Part shown: positions 46,822-57,063 of the stretch, piece after piece
Position numbering within the stretch: position 1 is the first letter of the stretch
How the letters are laid out: the number at the start of each line of letters is the position of its first letter
Virus record (IMG/VR): IMGVR_UViG_3300029913_000009
Coordinates: 34,290-98,289 of that record
Reading direction: 5' to 3' (one strand)
DNA: 64,000 bases
Source of the DNA: a virus
Made by a program: the position numbers and the translations under genes
The notes under the pieces: model-generated
Told to the model about the DNA's origin: nothing
The model's input: the letters and a program-made list of their open reading frames with translations, nothing else
Database searches by the model: none

Positions 46822-47277
46822 TTTGTGCCTCCATCCTGTTCGCGCCAGCCCTTGAGCAGCACGGCGAGGTCGCGTTGCAGGCGGGCTAGGGTGCGTTCTA
46901 AGACCGTCGCCGTAGCCTCAAAGTCGCGCATTCTCTCGCCTTTAATAGCAATTCCAAGAGCTTTGATCTCTTCCCGCAGTTCCGCAATCTCGCGTTCGCG
47001 CTGGCGTGTGGGCTCTGCGGCGGCTGAGAACACGGCTTCCTTCGTCGGACCATGCTCCATAAAGATCGTGCTGCCTGCGGTTGGGTGAGGGCGCAGGATT
47101 ACCTGAACTCCACAGCCACCTTTTTAATATGCAGAACCGCCCCATGCTCCTCTACGGCACCGCGCATCGCCATACGAGCCTCGCGTCTGCTGAAATAGAA
47201 ATGACCTTGTCCTCGGTCATCGCACGCTATAGCTCCGTCTTTGTAGCAGATAGCCCACCACTCATCGAGTCGCCTAA

Positions 47278-48318
47278 TCATCCCCATCTACTTCCTCCTC
47301 TGTGTGGGCGGTGGTTGAACCTTACAGGCTGGCTCATCCAATGCTCATCGGTTTGCACATGTCCCTTCCTCACCCACTTAGCCATAAGCCGGGGGAACTC
47401 CCTCAGAGTAAATCCTCGTGTGGGACGGAAGACTAGTCCTTCTTGCCGCTCAGGTACAAGACCGCTGGCGATGCTATCTATCAGCCCTTCCTCCCACACA
47501 CCCCGGTATAGAACCGGCACGGTGGGCAGGTCCAGTAGACCGGCATAGGTCTCGGTGTCATCCCATGACAGGCAGTTCTGCCCATGCCAGATGTTGAACA
47601 CATAGAAGTAGGAGGCGAGGTCATGGTACTCGATGGAATGAACCGCTGTGACATTTTCGCCGCAGACTCTGAAATTTTCAGGGATGTCGTGGGCAACCCG
47701 AGACCAGATTGCTTTTATGAAAGTGCGAGATGGATGAGTGCTAAATTCCAACGACCGGGCGTGCATATAATCCCGTGCCATGGTGGTATTCTCTCCATCA
47801 AGCTTCTCGGTAACGATGACTTCCAACCCGTCCCATTGGTCGGTGGTCGTGTGCATCCGGTCGTCATTTTGTAGACCGGGGGACGAAGGCCAATGAAAAG
47901 TTTTAGGGTACTTCACCTTGTCGGTGAATAGGTAGAGTTTGTTCCGCAGAGCCTTCTGCACTCCGGGCTCCAGAAACAATTCTCCCTGAAGTCGTTGACC
48001 GTTAGGCAAGATTCCGTTACCCCACTTATCGTACACACCATCTGCTTCAAAGTGTGGAGGGAGGCAAGGAACTGCGATTCCTGCTCGTTCACGAAGCGTT
48101 GCACAATCAATAGTGGTTGCTTCCGCCGCTTCGTGGCAGTCTGAACAAAGTGAGATTCCATTTGAAATTCTATACCCTCCATCTTCAAAAAGGCGTCTTT
48201 CCATAATGTGGTGAACATCGAGCCGAACACCAGACGAGCCGCAATGGGCACAAGTATTGTGGTCTCTGGCAAGAACCAGTCCCCTGAATTCGTCGCGAGT
48301 TAGGAGCGGTTCTTCCAT
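47278..48318 (-). CDS. HNH endonuclease domain fused to an ATP-dependent RNA-ligase-like nucleotidyltransferase
   Basis: N-terminal CAHCGS..DVHHIMERRLFEDGGY...CSDCH (HNH), paralogous to 49148-49411. C-terminal motif I TEKLDGENT (KxDGxN), motif IV EGLVFRP, motif V AKWVRK. Confidence 0.6.
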   Translation of the reverse strand: MEEPLLTRDEFRGLVLARDHNTCAHCGSSGVRLDVHHIMERRLFEDGGYRISNGISLCSDCHEAAEATTIDCATLRERAGIAVPCLPPHFEADGVYDKWGNGILPNGQRLQGELFLEPGVQKALRNKLYLFTDKVKYPKTFHWPSSPGLQNDDRMHTTTDQWDGLEVIVTEKLDGENTTMARDYMHARSLEFSTHPSRTFIKAIWSRVAHDIPENFRVCGENVTAVHSIEYHDLASYFYVFNIWHGQNCLSWDDTETYAGLLDLPTVPVLYRGVWEEGLIDSIASGLVPERQEGLVFRPTRGFTLREFPRLMAKWVRKGHVQTDEHWMSQPVRFNHRPHRGGSRWG

Positions 48319-49031
48319 ATCAATCCACAGAGTTCTATGAACTCCGCCTCATCCATACTACGTTTCATCAAATTGACCCGCGTCTGCACCCATTGAACAT
48401 TGCCCTCAATGTAAGGTTTAGCGGAGTCAATTCGGTCAAGTGAAGCTGTGCATTTTCGGTTCCACGAATTTCCAAAACTTATCGGCTCTCCCGTCAACGC
48501 GCATTTACGACCTTGTTTTTCAAACAACTCCCAAGCGTATTCAATGCTGATGTCGAACGCCAATCCTCGCTTTTCTGCACCTATTCGCCACTGATCCCAC
48601 CTACATCCGTAAATCTCCCCGCATCCCGTCCACCCTGCTTTCTTCCCGTTTTCTTGACGTACGACTCCACGATAGGAGCATCCGATAACTCCGCAAGATT
48701 TACGGTCGCCGTTGACTAGCTTGGGTGCCGTCTCCGTAGAAATACGACCACAGTCGCACTTTATGGTCAGCACCCATTGATGTAACCGGCTGTTGTACTC
48801 CGTTCCAACAACAGTGAGGTAAGCATATTTTTTGCCCACCTGTCGGGTTAATGACGGCTTCGCCACCTTAAATTTGGGGCGTGTCTTCGCGTTCAAACCT
48901 AGTTGTTTTACGATTCGACTCAGGGTTCGTTGGCTCACATTAAGCTCTGTGCCAATCTCGTTAAGTAGAGCCCCTGAATTAAAAAGCTGCAAAAACTGCC
49001 CTGTATCCACACATCCACATTTTGTTTTCAT
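48300..49031 (-). CDS. HTH plus zinc ribbon plus HNH_3-type homing-endonuclease-like protein
   Basis: HTH LNEIGTELNVSQRTLSRI, ribbon WVLTIKCDCG..SCG, C-terminal ASLDRIDSAKPYIEGNVQWV..N..K (HNH_3 pattern). Confidence 0.55.
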   Translation of the reverse strand: MKTKCGCVDTGQFLQLFNSGALLNEIGTELNVSQRTLSRIVKQLGLNAKTRPKFKVAKPSLTRQVGKKYAYLTVVGTEYNSRLHQWVLTIKCDCGRISTETAPKLVNGDRKSCGVIGCSYRGVVRQENGKKAGWTGCGEIYGCRWDQWRIGAEKRGLAFDISIEYAWELFEKQGRKCALTGEPISFGNSWNRKCTASLDRIDSAKPYIEGNVQWVQTRVNLMKRSMDEAEFIELCGLIWKNRS

Positions 49032-49110
49032 GTAGATGGGTTTGGTAGTTTGTTTTCTTGAGATGGGTATATTGTTAAACTACCCACCCAAAGGAAACAA
49101 TCAACATACT

Positions 49111-49160
49111 CCTAGTATACCCGGAGTGCCCTACTTTTGGCTAGTATTTATTTAGAATCC
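49111..49160 (-). promoter_or_regulatory. phage promoter copy (ACTAGCCAAAAG-N9-CCGGGTATACTA) with an 80-nt leader
   Basis: Conserved motif. Confidence 0.6.
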
Positions 49161-49411
49161 CCACACGTCCGCTTGGACTCCTCCGCTTGGATGATGGCGT
49201 TGTAATCGCACCCGGCTCCATTGAGAGGGTCTACCGTGATGGGGTACTTCTCCTGCTCCCAAAGGTAATACCCTCCATCAGGAAACAGTCTGCGTTCCAT
49301 GATGTGATGAGCGTCAACTCCCGGCTTGCGACAATTCACACACGTGTGCCTGTCTCTAGCGAATACGCCCTCGCGGAACTCGTCTCGGGTTAGAAGTTGG
49401 TCGCTCATCAC
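49148..49411 (-). CDS. stand-alone HNH endonuclease (87 aa)
   Basis: CVNCRK..DAHHIMERRLFPDGGY, about 70% identical to the N-terminus of 47278-48318. Confidence 0.6.
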   Translation of the reverse strand: MMSDQLLTRDEFREGVFARDRHTCVNCRKPGVDAHHIMERRLFPDGGYYLWEQEKYPITVDPLNGAGCDYNAIIQAEESKRTCGDSK

Positions 49412-50719
49412 ATCACTCGTTAGTTTTCGTACAGTTCCATTTGAATGCCCAAGGTCATGAGGAAATCTTCAGGAACAAAGGCTGACCTGTGGTTTGTCAT
49501 TACCCATGACCGGATACGGGGTGTCAATTCCGACCGGCTCCTGAGTATTGTCAGAGCTTCCATTTCTGTTACGTTGAGTTCCTTAAGGAAAACATCCCAC
49601 CGAGCCGGTATCGCTGGTTCGATAGAACACCCGCTGCCACTTTGGTATGACCCAAATGCTTTGTTGCTACGAGGCATGTCCTTCCCCCTGCGAGGAAGTA
49701 TAGACGGTCTTAGTTGGTTTTTGCAAATTCTTTTTAGATGTGGCAATCAACGATGGTAATGAGCGTGTTATCTGGGAGGCCATCGAACAGGTCTGAGAAC
49801 TCGCGGTGCCATACGGCTTCATCCTTTTCATCTGAAACACAAGCAAACCAACCCATACGTCCCCTCTGATACCACTTGCCATCTTTTACCAGTGCAAAGG
49901 TAGTAATTGCTTTCCGCCGTGCCCTTTCAATGTATTCCGAACGGGTGCAGGTGATGTCGCACCGTGCTGGTTGCGGCCTCCGATACGGTGCCTACGGAGC
50001 GCCGTCAATCAACGCCGTTCTCGGCTCCTGAGAGGTGACAGAGGTTGTCTTTTGCTGACTCGTACCATCCGTCGGGGCAAGTAACCTTGTACCTAATAGC
50101 AGGTATAAGATCATTTTGGGACCATCCACCTTCGAGTATCGTGATTGGCTGAATTGGTTTGTCAATGGCTTCACCCCCTCCCCTGCGAAGAATCGCTGAA
50201 TCTTACGCTTCAGGCGTATCTTTGACTACATCGGCAAACAGGTCGTAATCTTTGGCCGTTCATAGTTGGGGTCTAACCTTTGAAGTCCGGGGGTTCCATG
50301 AAGCCCTATCCGACCGCTCTTTAAGTAATCTTGAAGGAATTCTAAAAAGGGTTTCTTGGAGTCATCGTCATCCCTCTTCCACGTTTCACGTGCTTCCTCA
50401 TCTATACTTTGAACATACTCGTTGTCAACGCCGGTACATTCAAATTCATGGTAGGGAGCAAGCTGTTTTTCCGGTTCTTCGCCGATTACGGTTACAGCAA
50501 AATGAGACATATATTGTCCTTTCTGTTTTTACCTCTTTTTGAGGTCTATAGTAGCCTCGTTCACATTGATGTCGGCTACAACTTCCCAGTTGCCGTTGAA
50601 AACCGCATCGGGTACTATCTTGCCCTCCATCAAGTACGTGGAGTAGTGCGAGTAGTCCTCGCGTCGGGCGATGGTGCGGGTACCGTATACCCGATGTTGC
50701 ACGATGAGAAAATTGGTCT

Positions 50720-51274
50720 TCATTCCTCCCCCTCAGCCCATCTTTGCTCTTGGCAAGTTGTGATGTCAGCTTGCAACGAAAAGAACTCCTCTCGTTGCCG
50801 CTTCGTGATTTCTCCCTCTTGATGTCCTTGAAACATAAGACCGCTGAAGATATTTCTCCGCAGCCAGAATGCAAGGTCACAAACCCGAGCTATGTCGCGA
50901 AGCCAGTCGGTTACAACCAACCCTGACGGCCCCGACGACAGGCTGGGATACAAGTCGCTTTCAAACTTCCATTCAGGTAGGGGTTTAGCAGTTTTCAACG
51001 CCCAATCCCATACCTTCTCGTGGAAGAAAATGCAGGGCCAGAAACGGTCCCGCCTATCGAGTTCCTCAAGCCACCCATAGTCGTTGTAAGTGCCTCGGTG
51101 GAGCGCCTTGAACATCCGCCATTGGTGGTCAGAGCCTTTGGTACCCATGGGAGACAGTGGGGAGAACTTCAGGTAGATACCCAGTTGAGGTTCATCCAAT
51201 TCCAACATGACGCACCGTTCACCGTTATAAATTGGAGTATTTGTTAATGCACAAGTTTCTTCCCAGCAGCCCAT
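50720..51274 (-). CDS. hypothetical protein (184 aa)
   Basis: ORF track entry. Confidence 0.45.
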   Translation of the reverse strand: MGCWEETCALTNTPIYNGERCVMLELDEPQLGIYLKFSPLSPMGTKGSDHQWRMFKALHRGTYNDYGWLEELDRRDRFWPCIFFHEKVWDWALKTAKPLPEWKFESDLYPSLSSGPSGLVVTDWLRDIARVCDLAFWLRRNIFSGLMFQGHQEGEITKRQREEFFSLQADITTCQEQRWAEGEE

Positions 51275-51777
51275 TACTTTTCTCCACCGCTCAAAACGTG
51301 ACTAACACAATCGAACACCTTATCCTTGCCGTAGCGTGGGTAGTTGTCCCACACGTCACTGACTGAGGTGCCTCTCATTCCAACACCGAGGCACCGCTTG
51401 GTGATCTTGTGCCGTTCCTTGACACTCTTGAAGAACTCACTCATCGTGCCCCAGTGATTCACACAGCCAACCCATTTGGGCCATGTTTCAAGGATGCGAT
51501 TCATCTCCACACAGGCTGCGCTCATACGGGCGAAGTGCTCCGGCCTGACCACAGCATAGTCGAACGTGAAGGCATGACACAGGCGAACATCCACCGGCAC
51601 CCGTTGATCTTCAGCCAAATCCCAAAGAGCACGATCTGCACCGAACCAAGAGTCTTTGTTCAGGTATTGTTGGCTGAGCCAATCCCACACAGGAACACAA
51701 GAGCCATAGCTATTACGGAACGTTGCAAGCTCCACCCTCTTGGTCTTGAAGACTTTATACAGGGATGTGTAACTCAT
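51274..51777 (-). CDS. hypothetical protein (167 aa)
   Basis: ORF track entry. Confidence 0.45.
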   Translation of the reverse strand: MSYTSLYKVFKTKRVELATFRNSYGSCVPVWDWLSQQYLNKDSWFGADRALWDLAEDQRVPVDVRLCHAFTFDYAVVRPEHFARMSAACVEMNRILETWPKWVGCVNHWGTMSEFFKSVKERHKITKRCLGVGMRGTSVSDVWDNYPRYGKDKVFDCVSHVLSGGEK

Positions 51778-52382
51778 CTCATCACTTTCCTTTCACTACA
51801 AGTTCAGCATGGTTTTTCCAAAGGCGAACAATCTCCGTTGCGGACTCATCGGCCATAAACAAGCCGAGAGGTTGATTTTTGACAACACAATCGGCTAACA
51901 GTTTTAGGGCCTCGTCAGCAACACGCAGTTCTACCTGAGCATCAACGAGCTTATCTATGAGCCACTCCACGGTATGCACGATGTGCTTTCCCATAGACTC
52001 ATCAAACACACAGCCGGGAATCTTCTCAGCGACCAGTTCCGCCTTGAGACAATCGCGGAGCCGCGCAAGTTTAGTCTGCGGCTCCGACCATGCTGCACAA
52101 CCGTTAGTGGGTAGGTCGAGATTCTCACTCATCTATTTTCTTCTTCATAGGCTTTGCGGTAGCCAAGAGAGCCGCCAGTTGGGGAAGGCGAGTGTGAACC
52201 TTCTTTGGGTTGCTGTCAATGGTGCCGTCAGGGAGGAGCCGCTGAAGTGCCTTCAAAGCGGCGATAACACGCCACGTCGGACCGTTAGATTCGTACTCAT
52301 CCACGAATACCAGCCTTGTTGAGTCTCGGTACTGGCCTTTTTTTTGTTGCTTCCTTTGCTTTCGCCATTCTTTCCTCACAAT

Positions 52383-53228
52383 CTATTTAGTTGCATACTC
52401 CGCGTAGAAGATTGAGTTGTATTCTTTGAGCACCAGCTTCGAGTGAGGGAGCCCGTTGGGGTATGCTCCCACATGCTCGTAGGCATAGTGCGTGATGCTG
52501 GCGTTCTTCACGTCGTTCTCTTTATCGACTTGAAGGTAATCGTCTTCGCCCCACTTCTCCAGCGTTGCACGGAAGCTGAGAACGACTACGCTATGACATA
52601 TCACCATGACATTCAAGCCTCGGCAGTCCCGTACGACCGTGTCAAGAAACGAGCGGATGCGAAGTTTAACGTCAGGGCGAGACTCGCCACCCGGTGCCCG
52701 GTACCAATACTTACCTTCCTTAGCCTTACGGGCAATCTCCTCCGGGTACTTGGCCTTGATACCGGCGTGTTCGAGACCATCCAACAAGCCGAACTCAATC
52801 TCGCGGATACGCTCATCCACAATGACATGCTCCGGCGTATAACCAAGACCCTCAATGAATTTATTTGCGGTCTGGCGGGTACGCAGGTAGGGGGAGACGT
52901 AGAGAACGTCAATCGGTTTGCCGAGACGTGTTTCATCTTCCAACAAGCCGCAGGAGCAAAAGCTCCCCCCCATATCCAACTCGCAGCCAAAGTCATGCTT
53001 GACTTGGCTTGTCCTCAAGGGGAATCTCTTGCGTAACTCCACCCCCGCGCTGAGAGCTTGCATTTCGCCTAGCGGCGTCAGGGGCGTGTCTTGGTCACGG
53101 ATGCCTGAAGAGAAGTCGGCGTACCCGCCAGCAGCCTTTGCAACCTCACGGTCAACGTTCCTCTTCGATTGCCCGTGACGCATAACGATGAAGTGGTTAG
53201 GCCATTTCTGTTCAATGTTGTTTCTCAT
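52383..53228 (-). CDS. histidine phosphatase superfamily (phosphoglycerate mutase-like) protein
   Basis: N-terminal HFIVMRHGQS (RHG catalytic motif) and a later ..ICHS.. His. Confidence 0.6.
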   Translation of the reverse strand: MRNNIEQKWPNHFIVMRHGQSKRNVDREVAKAAGGYADFSSGIRDQDTPLTPLGEMQALSAGVELRKRFPLRTSQVKHDFGCELDMGGSFCSCGLLEDETRLGKPIDVLYVSPYLRTRQTANKFIEGLGYTPEHVIVDERIREIEFGLLDGLEHAGIKAKYPEEIARKAKEGKYWYRAPGGESRPDVKLRIRSFLDTVVRDCRGLNVMVICHSVVVLSFRATLEKWGEDDYLQVDKENDVKNASITHYAYEHVGAYPNGLPHSKLVLKEYNSIFYAEYATK

Positions 53229-53820
53229 GCTGTGCCTCCAGCCTTTTTCTTAAGGTGTCCCACTCTTCGATTCGAGCCACACGTTGCCTACTTTCGCTGT
53301 CGGCGACTAATGCCGCATACTCTTCATCGGTGATGACCCCCGCTTCATACAGGGGGAAACGCATGTACCGCACAAGGTCGAGTAGCCGCTCGTTGGTGAA
53401 CTCACTCATGGCTTCAATTCTACTTGGATGGCTACGCCGTCCTTGACTTTGAACAGTAACCGCTTTTTCTCCCCGAGGAGCAAACCCATTAACTGCTTTC
53501 GAGTCAGGCTGACCCGAATGGTTGTATCGACTACGGTAGACTCGGGTAACTCTTCATCAAATGGGTCGAGTCGATTCCATAGCCGGTCGAAACCGGCCAA
53601 AAACTCATCGAACTTGTCCAACGCTTTGTCGATTTTCTGTCTCACTCGACCTCCTTACATCAGGGAGAAAATACTTACGACGAATCCGAAAGCCCCGACA
53701 ATGAATAAGCCGCCCGGTCGCTTTACGCTCCCATGCGTATACCAATAGTCCGGTGCTGACCAATAGTCCGAAGGCTGCATACTTCATCCTACCATACATG
53801 TGACTGTTCATATCCTTTGC

Positions 53821-54219
53821 TCAGTAATCGGGGTCAGGGTACGCAAATTCATTACCAAACCTTTTCTTTAACTCAGCCTGTTTGTTCACCAGCCACTGCG
53901 ACCAATTGCGAGAGCCGGGGTACTGAGCAAAGGATACAAAGAGACAATTGGGGTTGCCTCCACTCATACTTGGCACAACTTCGGTAACCTGAGCCAACCC
54001 GCCGACAACATCATCTTCGCCGTGGTCGATGTACATGGAGGTTTCCACGTAGATGTAGTCGCCTATCTCTGGCATCCACGGCTTACCCGAGGCAATACGT
54101 TCGTAAAGCCTTGCAAGTTTATCCAAATCGAGGACGTTTTCATCCTTCCGGCATTCGGTCTTAGTGTCGAATACCCTACCCGTCCGTGCGCTCTTCCATC
54201 CGGTTACTTTGGTTGGCAT
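53821..54219 (-). CDS. hypothetical protein (132 aa)
   Basis: ORF track entry. Confidence 0.4.
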   Translation of the reverse strand: MPTKVTGWKSARTGRVFDTKTECRKDENVLDLDKLARLYERIASGKPWMPEIGDYIYVETSMYIDHGEDDVVGGLAQVTEVVPSMSGGNPNCLFVSFAQYPGSRNWSQWLVNKQAELKKRFGNEFAYPDPDY

Positions 54220-54220
54220 G

Positions 54221-54442
54221 TCAACACTCCTCTACTCCATACTGAAGTTGTCGGTGCGTTTGATGATTTGGATACCCCTCCAAATGAAGGTCGCGAACGG
54301 GGTAGCCACACACAGCCAATTCCGGAAATACAATGGCGACAGCCCCATGAGCCGTGGCTTCGATGGCTTGGTTCTTAATCATCTCCACGTTATCGTAGAA
54401 GTCTCCGACCGTGTTGTTGATTTGTCCAATTGCGATTTTCAT
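54221..54442 (-). pseudogene. remnant of the N-terminal nitrilase/C-N hydrolase domain of a glutamine-dependent NAD+ synthetase (only 73 codons, truncated)
   Basis: MKIAIGQINNTVGDFYDNVEMIKNQAIEATAHGAVAIVFPELAVCGYPVRDL matches the start of the NadE nitrilase domain, then diverges and stops. The downstream ORF is unrelated. Confidence 0.45.
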
Positions 54443-55138
54443 GATTCCTCTTAAGCATCTGGCTGTTTGGTATCGAAGTTAGATTCTCCGGGGAGCAGTG
54501 GCCTGAGCATAAGCCCTTGCAATTCAAACATCATGACGGTTGTGCCGAAGAGCAGGAAGGCCGCTTCTTCATCCGGGTCTTCACGGATTTCTTCCATGGC
54601 TGCGAGGAACTCAGCCACAGCGGTAGCAACTTCGCCCCGATTATCACCGAACTGAACAGCGGTGCCCATGCCTTTGTTTTTCTGGATGAGATTCGCCTGA
54701 GCCGCCGCAATGTCAAGGGGTTGCTCAATCCGTTCGACAGTGACCTCCACTTGGTCGCCCCAGTTTTTGCGGTCACTGCAAGTCTTTAACGTCAGACCAT
54801 AGGGTTTGAGTAGACGCCGAAGCTTAGGAATCATGGTGTAGTCAAGAAGACCAAATGCGGCCTCCGGGTTACGAACTTTCTTTGCCATTAGTCCACCTTT
54901 TTCCAATCCCACGTTGCGGACTTCATGATGTCCGCCCACGTGTTGTAAACGTAGAGTGTTGCAGTTCGTTGTTCTTCCGAGGAGAAGTTCTTGTCCACGA
55001 AAGCATGACACGCGGCCTGTAAGTAACCCACCGTGAGCCGGTTCTGGATGCTGTCGAACAGCATCTGCCGCATCTCAGCGTCGGAGAAGTTGTCGCACTC
55101 GGAGGGCGGCAGTTCTAGTTGCATGGTGATTTCAATTT

Positions 55139-55402
55139 TCATATTGTCCTGATAATCTTCACACCCCGCACGATGAGCAATACAGCAATCAGCAGGAGAG
55201 CAGCGAAAAGAAGGTGGCCTCCACCGAATGTGTTAGCGATGGCAAGGTTGAGCCACGCGATAAACAAAAAGACAGAGGCGATGAAGAACGTCAACACCGC
55301 GATAACCCCCTTGAACAAAGGTGTCATGCTCTCAGTCCTTTCGGGTTGGCCGGAGTGAAGGTGAAATTGGCTTAAACATGGGATAGTTCGCTTTTTACCC
55401 AA
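55139..55402 (-). CDS. small two-TM membrane protein (holin-like by shape only)
   Basis: VIAVLTFFIASVFLFIAWL and LLFAALLLIAVLLIV hydrophobic helices. Confidence 0.35.
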   Translation of the reverse strand: MGKKRTIPCLSQFHLHSGQPERTESMTPLFKGVIAVLTFFIASVFLFIAWLNLAIANTFGGGHLLFAALLLIAVLLIVRGVKIIRTI

Positions 55403-56265
55403 TTTTTGTTGATGTAAGGGACAAGTTGGGTTAACTTACAGTCCGCAGCGCGTTTATCGGTGCGTACACGAACAAGTACCGGCTGAACGATGTGAAGTTC
55501 TTTCGTAGCATAAAGGAAACGAACCTCCAAAACAGTGCCGGGTGCGACCCGGTATTTATTGCGGAGCGAGAGGCCGGAGATGCGGTGCATTCTACCGTTT
55601 GAGTCCCACATGCCAATCTCAACGCTGTCTTTTCCCTCTGGACTAGGGCCTATAACCACAGCTTCTGCCGACTTCAAAAATTTCAGCTTCCAGTGAGCCC
55701 CCGCCATGCCTTGGGTATATTTTACGGTCATGTTCTTGGAGACGATGCCCTCGCCACGCGATGCCAGCACTGCGTCCCACAGGAGCCGCTTCTCTTCCGC
55801 CGTCCGTGCGGTCGGGACTACACTGATTTGACTTGAGATATTGTCGAATTCAGCGTGGTACCGAGCTTCGCGATACTCATATGCGTCGTTGTTGATAGCT
55901 TCATCCCCGAGCACCAGAGCGTCAAAGATATAGAAGGTTCCGCCGACCAATTCACCGTCGATTACAAACATGCTGAGCCGGTGTGATAGAAGGGCAGTCT
56001 TGATGCGGGGGTGGAGAGCCTTGCTGGAGGGATCGCCTTCACGATTGAACATGCGGAGTTGCCCATCCTGCTTGCAGATAATCAGCCGATGGCCGTTATG
56101 CTTCTCTTGAAAGCCATAGGTCGCCGACAACAACATACGCTGGAAGTGGAGTTCATTCGTCTCGGTTAGTAACTCGGCCTTAATCACTTTGCCGCCTCCA
56201 CTTTCTCCCAAGCAAGGGCAATCACCTGTGCATCCTGATAGGAGCCGAAGGGGTCTTTCACCCAC
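55372..56265 (-). CDS. ATP-dependent nucleic-acid ligase (DNA-ligase-like nucleotidyltransferase) with variant motif I KHNGHR
   Basis: Motif I EKHNGHR (KxNGxR), motif III FVIDGELV, motif IV EGIVSK, motif V HWKLKFLK. Confidence 0.6.
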   Translation of the reverse strand: MGERPLRLLSGCTGDCPCLGESGGGKVIKAELLTETNELHFQRMLLSATYGFQEKHNGHRLIICKQDGQLRMFNREGDPSSKALHPRIKTALLSHRLSMFVIDGELVGGTFYIFDALVLGDEAINNDAYEYREARYHAEFDNISSQISVVPTARTAEEKRLLWDAVLASRGEGIVSKNMTVKYTQGMAGAHWKLKFLKSAEAVVIGPSPEGKDSVEIGMWDSNGRMHRISGLSLRNKYRVAPGTVLEVRFLYATKELHIVQPVLVRVRTDKRAADCKLTQLVPYINKNWVKSELSHV

Positions 56266-56574
56266 TCCCGTTCACCATACTTTGCGTTTGTCCATGCGAT
56301 GACATCGACCAAAACTTTCTCCCGACCAGCCTTACCACCCCACACCGTGAATGTTTTACATCCATAATCCAAAAAATGGGCAGTGGGGTCGGACTGGTAC
56401 CCGATGTGGGAGACGCGGAAGTGAGCCGACCGACCGCCTCGGCCTGTACTGGCTGGGGTGAAGCTTATGAATAGCTTGTCTTTGGTGAGGTCAGCGAGGT
56501 TGTGGCCGTTGTGGATATTCAGCGCATTCAACTGCGCCTTAGTGGGGAACTTCGTCTTGGCCTTCTTGCCCATA
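56184..56574 (-). CDS. hypothetical protein (leaderless start at 56574)
   Basis: The promoter copy ends 5 nt before the ATG. Confidence 0.45.
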
Positions 56575-56578
56575 CCCA

Positions 56579-56632
56579 CAGTATACCGAACCGGAGTTGG
56601 TTTTAGTTAGTTTTTTCAGAAAAATTTTATGC
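56579..56632 (-). promoter_or_regulatory. phage promoter copy (CTAACTAAAACC-N8-TTCGGTATACTG)
   Basis: Conserved motif. Confidence 0.6.
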
Positions 56633-57061
56633 TACTCTTTTACCTTTGCTCCAGACCAATACTGGCTTGCTTGGTGCTGGAGCGAGTTCGTTGAGCCGTT
56701 GTTTTGCCCATTGGAGGCACTCATCGGTATCACGGGTGTTATTCAGATAAAGGTTCAGGTGTCGAATCGTAGCTTCTTTGTATCCGGGGGATGAGTTTTG
56801 ACTATAAATAGTGGCAAGCTGGTAGGAGGCGTTAACGCTCCCCATCGAGACTGCTGCCTCATAGAAATCAATCGACCTGATGTCCCTCAACTCCTCCAGA
56901 GACCGACCGAGGTTGAACAAAGTGATGGGTGATTCCGGGTGCATCTGGAAGGCTTTCAAGAAACACTTGTGAGCCGCGAGATGATTACCCTGTTCGAAGA
57001 GTGTAGCCCCCTCGTCAACGAGCGACAGATAGACATTTTCTTCGAACAGGGTGCGGTTCAT
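56627..57061 (-). CDS. TPR/Sel1-like repeat protein (144 aa)
   Basis: Repeated A..F..A...G / AxxxYxxA helical hairpin pattern. Confidence 0.4.
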   Translation of the reverse strand: MNRTLFEENVYLSLVDEGATLFEQGNHLAAHKCFLKAFQMHPESPITLFNLGRSLEELRDIRSIDFYEAAVSMGSVNASYQLATIYSQNSSPGYKEATIRHLNLYLNNTRDTDECLQWAKQRLNELAPAPSKPVLVWSKGKRVA

Positions 57062-57063
57062 GC

